This document shows positions 1 to 7,849 of a stretch of DNA of 39,695 bases, piece by piece. Source of the stretch: an uncultured Gammaproteobacteria bacterium (GTDB lineage: Bacteria; Patescibacteriota; Microgenomatia; Levybacterales; UBA12049); assembly GCA_964544105.1 (NCBI GenBank), contig CAZIZQ010000004.1:1-39695 (forward strand). Direction: 5' to 3'. A program made the position numbers and the translations under genes. Under the pieces are notes generated by a model. That model searched no databases and was not told where the DNA came from. It worked only from the letters and a program-made list of their open reading frames with translations. Position 1 is the stretch's first letter, and each line of letters starts with the position of its first letter.

Positions 1-365
1 AAAAAGAGGCTGACGAGATTATTGTCCCAACGACAAGCGGACAAATTGCCATTCTTCCTAACCATGTCCCACTGGTTACTCAAATTGCCCAGGGCGAGCT
101 GGTAATTAAAGAAAACGGTAAAGACTTTTTGTTTGGTATCACAGGCGGATTTTTAGATGTAAATAATAATAAAATCTCTATTTTGGCCGATTATGCTGTG
201 GAAAGCGACTCGGTAAACGAAACAAAAGCCAAAGAGGCAAAAGAAAGAGCCGAAAAACTGATGAAGGAAAAATTGTCCGAGCGAGACATGGCACAACTTG
301 AAATCCAGCTTCGCAGGTCGATTCTGGAATTAAAAGTTGCAGGACGGAAAAGAAAAGTACTATAA
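1..365 (+). CDS. atpC: F0F1 ATP synthase epsilon subunit, 5'-truncated by the window edge
   Basis: Frame 3 is open from base 3 (KEADEIIVPTTSGQIAILPNHVPLVTQIAQGELVIKENGKDFLFGITGGFLDV...). This matches the epsilon beta-sandwich motif (G..GILP.H.P) followed by a Lys/Glu-rich helical hairpin. TAA at 363-365. Confidence 0.8.
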   Translation, partial: KEADEIIVPTTSGQIAILPNHVPLVTQIAQGELVIKENGKDFLFGITGGFLDVNNNKISILADYAVESDSVNETKAKEAKERAEKLMKEKLSERDMAQLEIQLRRSILELKVAGRKRKVL

Positions 366-375
366 TACGATCACG

Positions 376-1461
376 ATGCAACCAGCATTCTATGATCCCA
401 ATATTTCCTTTGATGAAAACTTTGCCAAAGGTCCGCCAATTCTTTCCCAAAATTTAAAGATTCCAAAACGAGAAATAAAAAAAACATATAAATTTTTAGG
501 ATTCGATGTTAACCTTCCTTTTGGCATTCCTGCTGGACCGCTCCTAAACAGCCAATTTCTAAAAGCTGCCTTTGATTGGGGATATGACGTATCATGTTAT
601 AAAACTGTTAGGGCGGCTTTTTTTCCTGCCCACCCATTCCCAAATGTGGTATCGGTCGACGTAAAAGGAGATCTTCATCCCGAAAAACTACGCCAAGTGG
701 TGGCAAATAGCAATAACCAGACAAAAGACAATATAAAAAATATAACCATTACCAATTCATTTGGTGTTCCGTCCCAAAATCCCAATATTTGGCAACCCGA
801 CGCGCACAAAGCCGTATCCTACGAAAAAAAAGGACAACTAATGATTTTAAGTTTTATGGGTACTGTCAAAGAAAACCAAACCCAAGACGAATTTATTGCC
901 GACTTTGCACATACTGCAAAATTGGCCAATGACACAGGAGTAAAAGTATTGGAAGCAAATCTTTCATGCCCAAATATCGGCAATGAAGGTCTTGTTTGCT
1001 ACAACCTGGAAGTTACCCAAAAAGTCTGCAAAGCCATCCGAGAAGCAATTGGCAACACCCCGCTTATACTAAAAGTTGGGCATTATAAATCGGATAAAGA
1101 TATCGAAAGCTTAGCTGAAATTGCAAATACTTATGCTAATGCAATTTCTGCAATAAATACTTTACAAGTTGAAGTTGTTGACAAAAAAGGCCAGCAGGCG
1201 CTTCCGGGAAAAAATAGGTTACGCAGTGGCGTTGGCGGCGCGGGCATTAAATGGGCAGGACTTGAGATGACAACAAAACTTAACTTAATTCGAAAGAAAA
1301 AAAGGTATTCATACGAAATTATTGGTATTGGGGGCGTTATGAATCCAAACGATTATTTTGAATACCGAAAGGCTGATGCAGATGTAGTCCAATCAGCAAC
1401 CGCTGCCATGTGGGATGCCAACTTAGCCCACGACATTTGGAAAAAAGAGAATAATCTATGA
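376..1461 (+). CDS. pyrD: Dihydroorotate dehydrogenase, class-1-like
   Basis: TIM-barrel DHOD motifs: LPFGIPAGP, NLSCPN (class-1 catalytic Cys loop), GIGGV near the C-terminus. Sits directly upstream of pyrF and pyrE. The ORF-track start at 337 is a TTG overlapping atpC; the first ATG is 376 (MQPAFYDP). Confidence 0.7.
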   Translation: MQPAFYDPNISFDENFAKGPPILSQNLKIPKREIKKTYKFLGFDVNLPFGIPAGPLLNSQFLKAAFDWGYDVSCYKTVRAAFFPAHPFPNVVSVDVKGDLHPEKLRQVVANSNNQTKDNIKNITITNSFGVPSQNPNIWQPDAHKAVSYEKKGQLMILSFMGTVKENQTQDEFIADFAHTAKLANDTGVKVLEANLSCPNIGNEGLVCYNLEVTQKVCKAIREAIGNTPLILKVGHYKSDKDIESLAEIANTYANAISAINTLQVEVVDKKGQQALPGKNRLRSGVGGAGIKWAGLEMTTKLNLIRKKKRYSYEIIGIGGVMNPNDYFEYRKADADVVQSATAAMWDANLAHDIWKKENNL

Positions 1462-2222
1462 CCTTTCAACAAAAATTACTTTCAATAATTCAAAAGAATA
1501 ACTCCCTTCTTTGTATCGGGCTGGATACCGATATTGATAAAATTCCAAAAAACCTCAAAAATGAACCCGAACCACTCTTTGCCTTTAACAAAGCAGTTAT
1601 TGATGCCACGACAGATTTAGTCTGCGCTTACAAACCAAACATTGCCTTTTACGAAGCAGAAGGAATCAAAGGACTAGAGCAACTCAAAAAAACAATCGAA
1701 TATGTTCAAAACAACTATCCGGAAATTCCGGTGATTTTGGATGCCAAACGAGCCGATGTCACAAACACTGCCAAACTATATGCAAAAGCATTATTTGAGT
1801 ACTGGCGGGCCGATGCTGCAACTATCTTCCCATTCTTAGGTAAAGATACTGTTGAACCATTTACTAAATACAACGATAAATCTCCAATAATTATTATAAA
1901 AACATCCAACAAAGATGCATCTGCATTTGAAAATTCAGATGTGGCAGAAAAAGTTAAAAAATGGATGTTGCCAAATATATCGCTGTTTGTTGGCGCCACA
2001 GATCCAAAAACCATACAGCATGTACGAACTCTCTTTCCCCAAAGTCCAATTTTGACTGCGGGAATCGGAGCACAAGGAGCTTCTGTAGAAAAAGCTGTCA
2101 AAGCAGGAATTGATAAAAATGGCAATAATTTAATCTGCAATAGTTCACGAGAAATAATCTATGCAGATAATCCAAGAGAAAAAGCAGAAAGTATTAGGGA
2201 TATAATAAACTCATACCGATGA
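1458..2222 (+). CDS. pyrF: Orotidine 5'-phosphate decarboxylase (type 2)
   Basis: LLCIGLDTD and ILDAKRADVTNT (Asp-x-Lys-x-x-Asp catalytic signature). ATGA overlap with the pyrD stop. Confidence 0.85.
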   Translation: MTFQQKLLSIIQKNNSLLCIGLDTDIDKIPKNLKNEPEPLFAFNKAVIDATTDLVCAYKPNIAFYEAEGIKGLEQLKKTIEYVQNNYPEIPVILDAKRADVTNTAKLYAKALFEYWRADAATIFPFLGKDTVEPFTKYNDKSPIIIIKTSNKDASAFENSDVAEKVKKWMLPNISLFVGATDPKTIQHVRTLFPQSPILTAGIGAQGASVEKAVKAGIDKNGNNLICNSSREIIYADNPREKAESIRDIINSYR

Positions 2223-2839
2223 AAAACATCCTAGATATTCTAAAAGAAACAGGCGCACTAATTACCGATGACCATTTTGTCTATACATCTGGCAAGCATG
2301 GCTCGGTCTACATTAACAAAGACGCAATTTACCCCCACACCGAAAAAGCATCGGAAGTTGGCATGCTTTTTGCAGTAGAATTAAAAGATAAAAATATCGA
2401 CGTTATTGTTGGCCCAATGATTGGTGGAATTATTTTATCCCAGTGGACTGCATTCCATCTATCAAAATTACAAAATAAAGAAATTTTAAGTGTCTACACC
2501 GAAAAAGATGCAAATAATAACCAAGTTTTCGGACGACGCGGATACGAAAAATTAGTAACAGGCAAAAATATTTGTATTGTCGAGGACCTAACAACCACCG
2601 GAGGGTCTGTCGCAAAAGTAGTGACAACGGTCAAAAATGCAGGTGGCAATGTTGTACTGGTCGGAGTAATGATCGACAGGAGCAAATCTGGCATGACCGA
2701 AAATATTATTGGCGCGCCTTTTTTTACCCTGGGCGCACTACCAGCCGAAGCATATGATGCATCTGACTGCCCGCTTTGCAAAGAAGGGAAATCAATCAAC
2801 ACAAAAATCGGCCATGGCAAGAAGTTTTTGGAACGTTGA
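2219..2839 (+). CDS. pyrE: Orotate phosphoribosyltransferase
   Basis: PRPP-binding loop ICIVEDLTTTGGS. ATGA overlap with the pyrF stop. TGA at 2837-2839. Confidence 0.85.
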   Translation: MKNILDILKETGALITDDHFVYTSGKHGSVYINKDAIYPHTEKASEVGMLFAVELKDKNIDVIVGPMIGGIILSQWTAFHLSKLQNKEILSVYTEKDANNNQVFGRRGYEKLVTGKNICIVEDLTTTGGSVAKVVTTVKNAGGNVVLVGVMIDRSKSGMTENIIGAPFFTLGALPAEAYDASDCPLCKEGKSINTKIGHGKKFLER

Positions 2840-2910
2840 GCCCACGATCGGATTTGAACCGATAACCTGCGGTTTACGATACCGCTGCTCTACCGTTGAG
2901 CCACGTGGGC
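2839..2910 (-). tRNA. tRNA-Thr (anticodon CGU)
   Basis: The reverse complement folds as a cloverleaf: acceptor GCCCACG/CGTGGGC, D arm GCTC-AACGGTA-GAGC, anticodon arm GCGGT-ATCGTAA-ACCGC, variable loop AGGTT, T arm ATCGG-TTCAAAT-CCGAT, discriminator T. CCA is not encoded. Confidence 0.85.
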
Positions 2911-2926
2911 ATGATTTTTATTGTAT

Positions 2927-3637
2927 ATGACTCGTTCACGATTATCAAGAAAACTTGAAAGCAAAACAAAACAATCTATTTTTTTTACCCTTTTGGGCAC
3001 TATTATCGTTTTAGGGCTTATTGCAAAATTTGGCATTCCTGTAATTGCAGAAGTAAGTTTTTTTCTCTTTGAAAATAAAAACACCCAGGACCAAACAGCC
3101 AAAAAGAAACAAATATTTGTCTCCCCGCCCGAACTCGACGCTCTCCCTAATGCCACTAATAGCGCCACAATTACCGTCTCGGGTGCTGCCCAAGAAAACC
3201 AGGAAATCACCCTTTACCTAAATGGTAAACTCGAAGAAAAAACATTCGTCGAAGACTCCAAACGATTTACCTTTACTAACATTTTACTTAAAGATGGAGA
3301 AAATCTTATCCAGGTAAAAGCCACGCAAGACAAAGAAGAAAGTGACTTTTCTAATTCTTATACTATTGTCCTAACCAAAAAAGCACCAACACTTACAATC
3401 GAATCACCAAACGACAAGCAATCATTTGGCAAAGATGACAAACAAATTATGGTAAAAGGGAAAACCGATGCCGGAAATAAAATAACTGTCAACGACCTTT
3501 GGGCAATTGTTGATAACGACGGAGTATACGAATACAACCTGCCACTACATGCGGGAGAAAACAAAATTAAAGTTGTGGCAACTGACCAGGCAGAAAATAA
3601 AACCGAAAAAGAAATTACTGTGACGTATAATCAATAA
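2927..3637 (+). CDS. Membrane-anchored protein with two Ig-like/beta-sandwich repeats (hypothetical)
   Basis: N-terminal TM helix (IFFTLLGTIIVLGLIAKFGIPVI). Two internal repeats end in GENLIQVKATQDKEE and GENKIKVVATDQAENK. The ORF-track start at 2921 is TTG; the first ATG is 2927. Confidence 0.5.
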   Translation: MTRSRLSRKLESKTKQSIFFTLLGTIIVLGLIAKFGIPVIAEVSFFLFENKNTQDQTAKKKQIFVSPPELDALPNATNSATITVSGAAQENQEITLYLNGKLEEKTFVEDSKRFTFTNILLKDGENLIQVKATQDKEESDFSNSYTIVLTKKAPTLTIESPNDKQSFGKDDKQIMVKGKTDAGNKITVNDLWAIVDNDGVYEYNLPLHAGENKIKVVATDQAENKTEKEITVTYNQ

Positions 3638-4820
3638 TTGCTAACTCTATAAAAAGAAACTCCAAAATAAACGGATAAAACAGACTATTAATAAACAAAG
3701 CATTCACAAAAAGCCCGATAACTGTGGAAATAACAACAATACGTAACCACTGGTTGTCATGCTGAACTTGTTTCAGCATCTGCCGTATTATCGCATACCA
3801 AAAATACAAATAAGCAGATAGTCCAACAATGCCCGTTGTTGCTAAAACAAAAAGAAAGCTGTTATCTGTACCTGCACCTGCGTGATTTTCTCTTGTTGTC
3901 TCCACCAAAAACCCGCGCTTTTCCTGCTCGTACCGGTAAGTATTAAACCCAACGCCAAAAATTGGATTATCTTTAATAATGGTTATCGCCTGATCCATTG
4001 CTAAAATTCTGGCATTGGATGAAGTTGTTCTTAACAAATTTGTCCCTTCTGATTTGGGAGAAAGAAAAAATAAAATAGGAAGCAACAAAACAAGACCTAT
4101 TACCCAAAACAATAATTTTTTCTGTTTTTTCACCAAGAAAAAAACTATTAAGGAAATACCCAACATAATATAGGCACTTCGAGAATAGGTAAGAAAAATT
4201 GCTCCCAATGTCAAAACACCCAATAATCCATACCAATATTTGTTATTACTTTTTTCAAAAACCATTCCCAAAACAAACATAAAATACATTACAAAAAAGG
4301 CTCCGGCAAAATTTGGATCTAAAAATGTACTAAACATTCTGTATAAATGCTCATCCCACCCGGCATAATACAAGTTCCGAAGATCGGAATAAAAAAAGTA
4401 TTGTATATATCCAAATAACAAAAACAGAAAACCTGCAACAGTCAAAAATACTGGTATTCTTTTTTTGAAAGAATTGGAAAAACCATAAACCAATGGCAAT
4501 AACAACAACAAAAAGACAAACCTCAAATAATACAACGCTGCTACATATAGCTGCCCTAAGTCGTAGTTAAATATATTAACTGCCAGAGACAATAAGAATA
4601 CTCCTGCAAGAAAAAGAATTGGGCGAAAAAGATAATGATTTCTATTTTTCAGAAATAATGGGACAGAACAAACAGCAAGAATACCAATTACAATGTCGCT
4701 TGGGTGAATACTGACATTCGGAAAAAGATGCACCCGCAAGGCTTCGCCTTGCGGAAACAGAAATAGAAAAAAAAGAAATGCTATTTTTGCAAAGAAGTTT
4801 TTTTGTCCCATAGCTGCCAT
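3615..4820 (-). CDS. O-antigen ligase-like (Wzy_C domain) polytopic membrane protein
   Basis: About 10 hydrophobic helices. TYSRSAYIMLGISLIV plus a following large loop (LRTTSSNARILAMDQAITIIKDNPIFGVGFNTY) are typical of the WaaL/PglL/Wzy_C family. The likely start is M46 (4820) or M49 (4811), because the longer ORF (to 4955) runs deep into the upstream GT2 gene. Confidence 0.6.
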   Translation of the reverse strand: MAAMGQKNFFAKIAFLFFLFLFPQGEALRVHLFPNVSIHPSDIVIGILAVCSVPLFLKNRNHYLFRPILFLAGVFLLSLAVNIFNYDLGQLYVAALYYLRFVFLLLLLPLVYGFSNSFKKRIPVFLTVAGFLFLLFGYIQYFFYSDLRNLYYAGWDEHLYRMFSTFLDPNFAGAFFVMYFMFVLGMVFEKSNNKYWYGLLGVLTLGAIFLTYSRSAYIMLGISLIVFFLVKKQKKLLFWVIGLVLLLPILFFLSPKSEGTNLLRTTSSNARILAMDQAITIIKDNPIFGVGFNTYRYEQEKRGFLVETTRENHAGAGTDNSFLFVLATTGIVGLSAYLYFWYAIIRQMLKQVQHDNQWLRIVVISTVIGLFVNALFINSLFYPFILEFLFIELAIIDYTSQ

Positions 4821-5545
4821 AGTTTTCCCCGCACCAAATACGAATGAAAACTCATGAGCATTGCTACTACTAATCCAGGTATTCCATCTAGAAAACCGCG
4901 TTTGAAAAAGAAATTCATAATAAACTTTGCCTTTGGATAAAAAATAATATCCCACACATGCACTTTTACGCCTTTTTTATATAATTCCTGCGCCCGGATA
5001 GTAGTGTAATAATTAATTTCCTCAAGAAATTCAGCTACCGTCTGATGGGGATAATGAAAGAGAGGATTTTTAAACTCCACAATTTTCCCTTTTACTTTCC
5101 ATGTCTCGTGGACGTGCCTCACCCATTTCCCCGCGTTTTTCCTAGCAAGTCTCACCAATCGCACATTACCGTTTTCCCCGTGCAAAAGCTGCTTTCCCCA
5201 CATGGTATCAATTCGGCGCATGGAAAAACCTTGAATAAAATCTACATCTTTTTGATGAATGGAACTATTAATTTCAAACGTGAGGGACTCCGACACCCGC
5301 TCATCGGCATCAACAAACAAAACCCAATCCCCTTTTACCTCGTCTAAAGCAAAATTTCTCTGTTTGGCAAAATCATTATCAAGCGTATGCTCAATCACCC
5401 GCGCCCCAAGTGCCTTTGCTTTTACCACAGTCTTATCCGTGGAATTGTCATCTATCACCAATACCTCATCGCACCAAAGCAAGCCTTTAATGCACGCCTC
5501 AATACTCCCCTCCTCATTTTTCGTCAAAATAGCAGCACTAATCAT
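4781..5545 (-). CDS. Glycosyltransferase family 2
   Basis: MISAAILTKNEEGSIEACIKGL..DEVLVIDDNSTDKT and FVDADE (DXD) are classic GT-A/GT2 signatures. Confidence 0.8.
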   Translation of the reverse strand: MISAAILTKNEEGSIEACIKGLLWCDEVLVIDDNSTDKTVVKAKALGARVIEHTLDNDFAKQRNFALDEVKGDWVLFVDADERVSESLTFEINSSIHQKDVDFIQGFSMRRIDTMWGKQLLHGENGNVRLVRLARKNAGKWVRHVHETWKVKGKIVEFKNPLFHYPHQTVAEFLEEINYYTTIRAQELYKKGVKVHVWDIIFYPKAKFIMNFFFKRGFLDGIPGLVVAMLMSFHSYLVRGKLWQLWDKKTSLQK

Positions 5546-5552
5546 CTTCTTT

Positions 5553-5561
5553 ATTGTATCA
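5553..5561 (-). promoter_or_regulatory. Possible extended -10 promoter (TGaTACAAT) for the GT2/ligase pair
   Basis: The minus strand reads cgTGaTACAATaaagaagATG. The -10 hexamer ends only 7 nt before the ATG at 5545, which implies a leaderless or near-leaderless mRNA. There is no clear -35. Confidence 0.25.
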
Positions 5562-5669
5562 CGTTTATTATTTTTGTTTTAGCCCTATAGTTGCTATTTT
5601 CTCCTGTTTTGTTATAATCCCCCTACATCAAAAGTAACTTTAAGCAATAGCTGTTTTTGGTAGCTTTAG

Positions 5670-5957
5670 ATGTATTTATCTCCTTACTATACCTACGGAA
5701 GGCTTTGCCCACTGTTAGTAGTCGCTCTCGCTGCGGTTTCGCTCTTTGCCGCATATAAACTTGCGGATGAGCACTTCAAATACTCGTGGGCACTGTCAAC
5801 ATTCGCAATCCTTATAGTTTCCAAGTGGGTAGCCCCGTATGGATATCTGTACCCACTGTGGCAATTAACATTCTCCTCTGCCCTACTTGGAGGGATCATC
5901 TCTGGGATTTTCAACTGGGCACATGACGAACGGCGGATACGTTCAGCTCAGAAATGA
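5670..5957 (+). CDS. Hypothetical small membrane protein (3 predicted TM helices) in the GC-rich island
   Basis: 95-aa ORF with three hydrophobic stretches (LCPLLVVALAAVSLFAAY, WALSTFAILIVSKWV, LTFSSALLGGIISGIF). No recognisable family and no obvious SD. Confidence 0.4.
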   Translation: MYLSPYYTYGRLCPLLVVALAAVSLFAAYKLADEHFKYSWALSTFAILIVSKWVAPYGYLYPLWQLTFSSALLGGIISGIFNWAHDERRIRSAQK

Positions 5958-6005
5958 GCTATAACTCGGTGTGAGCCGAATAATCAGCTCGGAAAGGATT
6001 TATCA

Positions 6006-6236
6006 ATGAGTATAACGATCTCTACAGCAATTCTGCTGTATAACCCCAGCATAGCTGAACCCGAAGGCACAGGGCGTATCCTCACTGCGGGGACATACGA
6101 GGTCGAAGTATCTATTTCGCCGGGCACGCATGAAGAAGAGGTCTGGATTCTAGTGATCGATCCTGACAATCCTGCCCTCGATGGTTGGGGAAACACTATT
6201 GATCAATGGAGATCGGTAGAAGATTCCCACCAATAG
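6006..6236 (+). CDS. Hypothetical small soluble acidic protein in the GC-rich island
   Basis: 76-aa ORF preceded by ggaaagga 8 nt upstream of the ATG (SD-like). No recognisable family. Confidence 0.4.
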   Translation: MSITISTAILLYNPSIAEPEGTGRILTAGTYEVEVSISPGTHEEEVWILVIDPDNPALDGWGNTIDQWRSVEDSHQ

Positions 6237-6266
6237 CTTTCCATGCAACTTTGTGGTGCACAACTT

Positions 6267-6309
6267 GCGCGGGGCGCGATTGAGTCATCTTGACTCACCC
6301 GCCCCTCGC
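6267..6309. terminator. GC-rich stem-loop between convergent genes (possible bidirectional terminator or recombination structure)
   Basis: Perfect inner stem tgagtca(6281-6287)/tgactca(6291-6297) with a 3-nt loop. It is extended by ggggcg(6271-6276)/cgcccc(6300-6305). No U-tract on either side. Confidence 0.3.
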
Positions 6310-6325
6310 ACCCACCCCTTAACCT
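6306..6325. repeat. Direct repeat DR1 (tcgcacccaccccttaacct)
   Basis: Matches 7055-7073 (tcgcacccacccttcacct): the first 12 nt are identical, then there is one 1-nt indel and one mismatch. It is a GC-rich 12-mer in AT-rich surroundings. Confidence 0.7.
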
Positions 6326-6405
6326 CCAAGTCAGACTTAGCAAACTTATATGGGGTATTGCATTTTTGCCATTTCTGTGGTATACATTAGGTACTGACTT
6401 GTTGG
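6326..6405. other. 80-nt imperfect hairpin in the 3' flank of the DUF3800-like gene
   Basis: ccaagtcag (6326-6334) pairs with ctgacttgttgg (6394-6405), leaving a 3-nt bulge. GTTGGAT (6401-6407) fits the GTTRRRY pattern and CCTTAAC (6317-6323) fits 6 of 7 positions of RYYYAAC. Confidence 0.3.
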
Positions 6406-6435
6406 ATGGATGTTTACATCGGTTCGGCAAGTTTT

Positions 6436-7050
6436 TTATTGAAAAAGTCTTCGTTTCGCCTCAACCCAATTCAACTTTTTATAGCTAATAACTCGTTTTT
6501 CAATTATTTGATAAAACCGTTCATCTTTACCAGTTTCTTTTGCCAACACTGCTCCCGCAACCATATCCGCAACATTTACCCGCTTATGCAAAATGCTGTC
6601 AACGTGGGTGATATCAAATTCAATATCAAATTGTTGGGTAAGAATTTTATTGAATTTCAGTAGGTCATTCTTTTGGGAAAAATGGCGATCAAACACAAGA
6701 TCAGTAATATCACAAAAACTTATTACGTCAGAAATCAAAAGCCAGCAAAGCAATGCAAAATGTTCTGGCGTATCAGGTATCTTCCTTCCCATCTTTTCAA
6801 CAACCAATACAAACACAGCAATTTCTTCTTCCACAAATGCTTCAAAAAAAGCCATTTTAGTTTTATCTCCTGTTGTATAAAATTTTAACTCACCTGTCTT
6901 TTTTCTGATATCTTTCTTTTTCTTCATTTTCTTCATCAACATATCTATTTGTTCTTTACTTTTTGGAACAACCGCGGCGACAACAATTACTTTGTCTTTT
7001 GGGTCTGGGAGTGTACCCGATTCATCAATATATACAGTTATCCTTTTCAT
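6436..7050 (-). CDS. DUF3800-like protein
   Basis: The N-terminus MKRITVYIDESGTLPDPKDKVIVVAAV carries the YIDESG motif that defines DUF3800. Size (~200 aa) is typical. ATG at 7050 is preferred over the upstream 7071. Confidence 0.5.
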   Translation of the reverse strand: MKRITVYIDESGTLPDPKDKVIVVAAVVPKSKEQIDMLMKKMKKKKDIRKKTGELKFYTTGDKTKMAFFEAFVEEEIAVFVLVVEKMGRKIPDTPEHFALLCWLLISDVISFCDITDLVFDRHFSQKNDLLKFNKILTQQFDIEFDITHVDSILHKRVNVADMVAGAVLAKETGKDERFYQIIEKRVISYKKLNWVEAKRRLFQ

Positions 7051-7054
7051 ATCT

Positions 7055-7073
7055 TCGCACCCACCCTTCACCT
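7055..7073. repeat. Direct repeat DR2 (tcgcacccacccttcacct)
   Basis: Partner of DR1. It lies between the DUF3800 start codon (7050) and the stop codon of the split GT2 gene, and overlaps that stop (tca 7068-7070). Confidence 0.7.
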
Positions 7074-7849
7074 ACAAAACAACTCCACAATCGCCGCCTG
7101 GAAAAAACCAAAATGTTTTTGAAAATAATAAAATCTACTTTTTTTAAATATCTCTTTGGTATTTGGCAAGCTTTTAGTACTTTCGCCCCACAGATGGACT
7201 AGTTTTGCTTCTGGGTTTATATACATGCTATATCCTAATTTTTTTAGCCGGAGGCATAAATCGTTTTCTTCAAAAAACAAAAAGAACTTCTCGTCAAACC
7301 TACCGACCTCTTCAAATATCGACTTTCGAATTGAAAACGCCGTTCCAGGCGTCACATCGACCTTTTTAATAGTCTTTTTATCCCAGTCTAAAAGATAATA
7401 CTCTTTATATATTTTATTATTTGGGAAAAGTTTTTGGACAAACGACAGACACATTATCGCCCGAAACGAAGCCTTATGAATGGTTCAATATCGCGCAAGC
7501 GACGTGTTTTACTTCCTTGCAGTTTATATGGATTTTGATTTTGATCAAGAAGAAGAGGCGCTACAATACCGACATTTTTTTCTTTTTTAATAAGCTCAAC
7601 TAAATTATCTATAGTGCCTGGAAAAACTTTTGTGTCGGGATTTAAAAAAAATAAAAATTCTCCTTTTGCTTTTTTTGCTCCAAGATTATTCCCAGCTCCA
7701 TATCCTACATTATTTTCTGAATTATCAATTACAATAATTTCATATTGTGTTTTGGTATTTGATTTTTTTATAGAATCAATACACTCTAAAAGCTCTTTTT
7801 CTACTTTGTAATTTACAATAATTATTGAAACTTCTATTGTTCTTTCCAT
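7068..7849 (-). pseudogene. Glycosyltransferase family 2, split by a frameshift (or assembly indel)
   Basis: The N-terminal half (7454-7849: VSIIIVNYK..YEIIVIDNSENNVGYGAGNNLGAKKAKGEFLFFLNPD) and the C-terminal half (7068-7454: FSIRKSIFEEVGRFDEKFFLFFEENDLCLRLKKLGY..HLWGES) lie in different frames. The two frames are simultaneously open only in 7455-7484. The total of 782 nt is one nucleotide short of 261 codons. Confidence 0.6.

Noticed and set aside
4821-4955. 45-codon N-terminal extension of the Wzy_C protein ORF
   Set aside because: It overlaps the 3' end of the GT2 gene by up to 175 nt in another frame and is not hydrophobic, unlike the rest of the protein. The internal ATGs at 4820/4811 give a conventional short overlap.
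5650-6436. GC-rich island as a structured RNA gene (RNase P RNA, tmRNA, SRP RNA, intron)
   Set aside because: I looked on both strands for GAGGAAAGTCC / ACAGAA..CCGGCTTA (RNase P), a tRNA-like 3' end with GGTTCGA.TCC (tmRNA) and the SRP GGAA/AGCA motif, and found none. The two ORFs have protein-like features (three TM helices; an SD-like site). This is not excluded without covariance-model searches.
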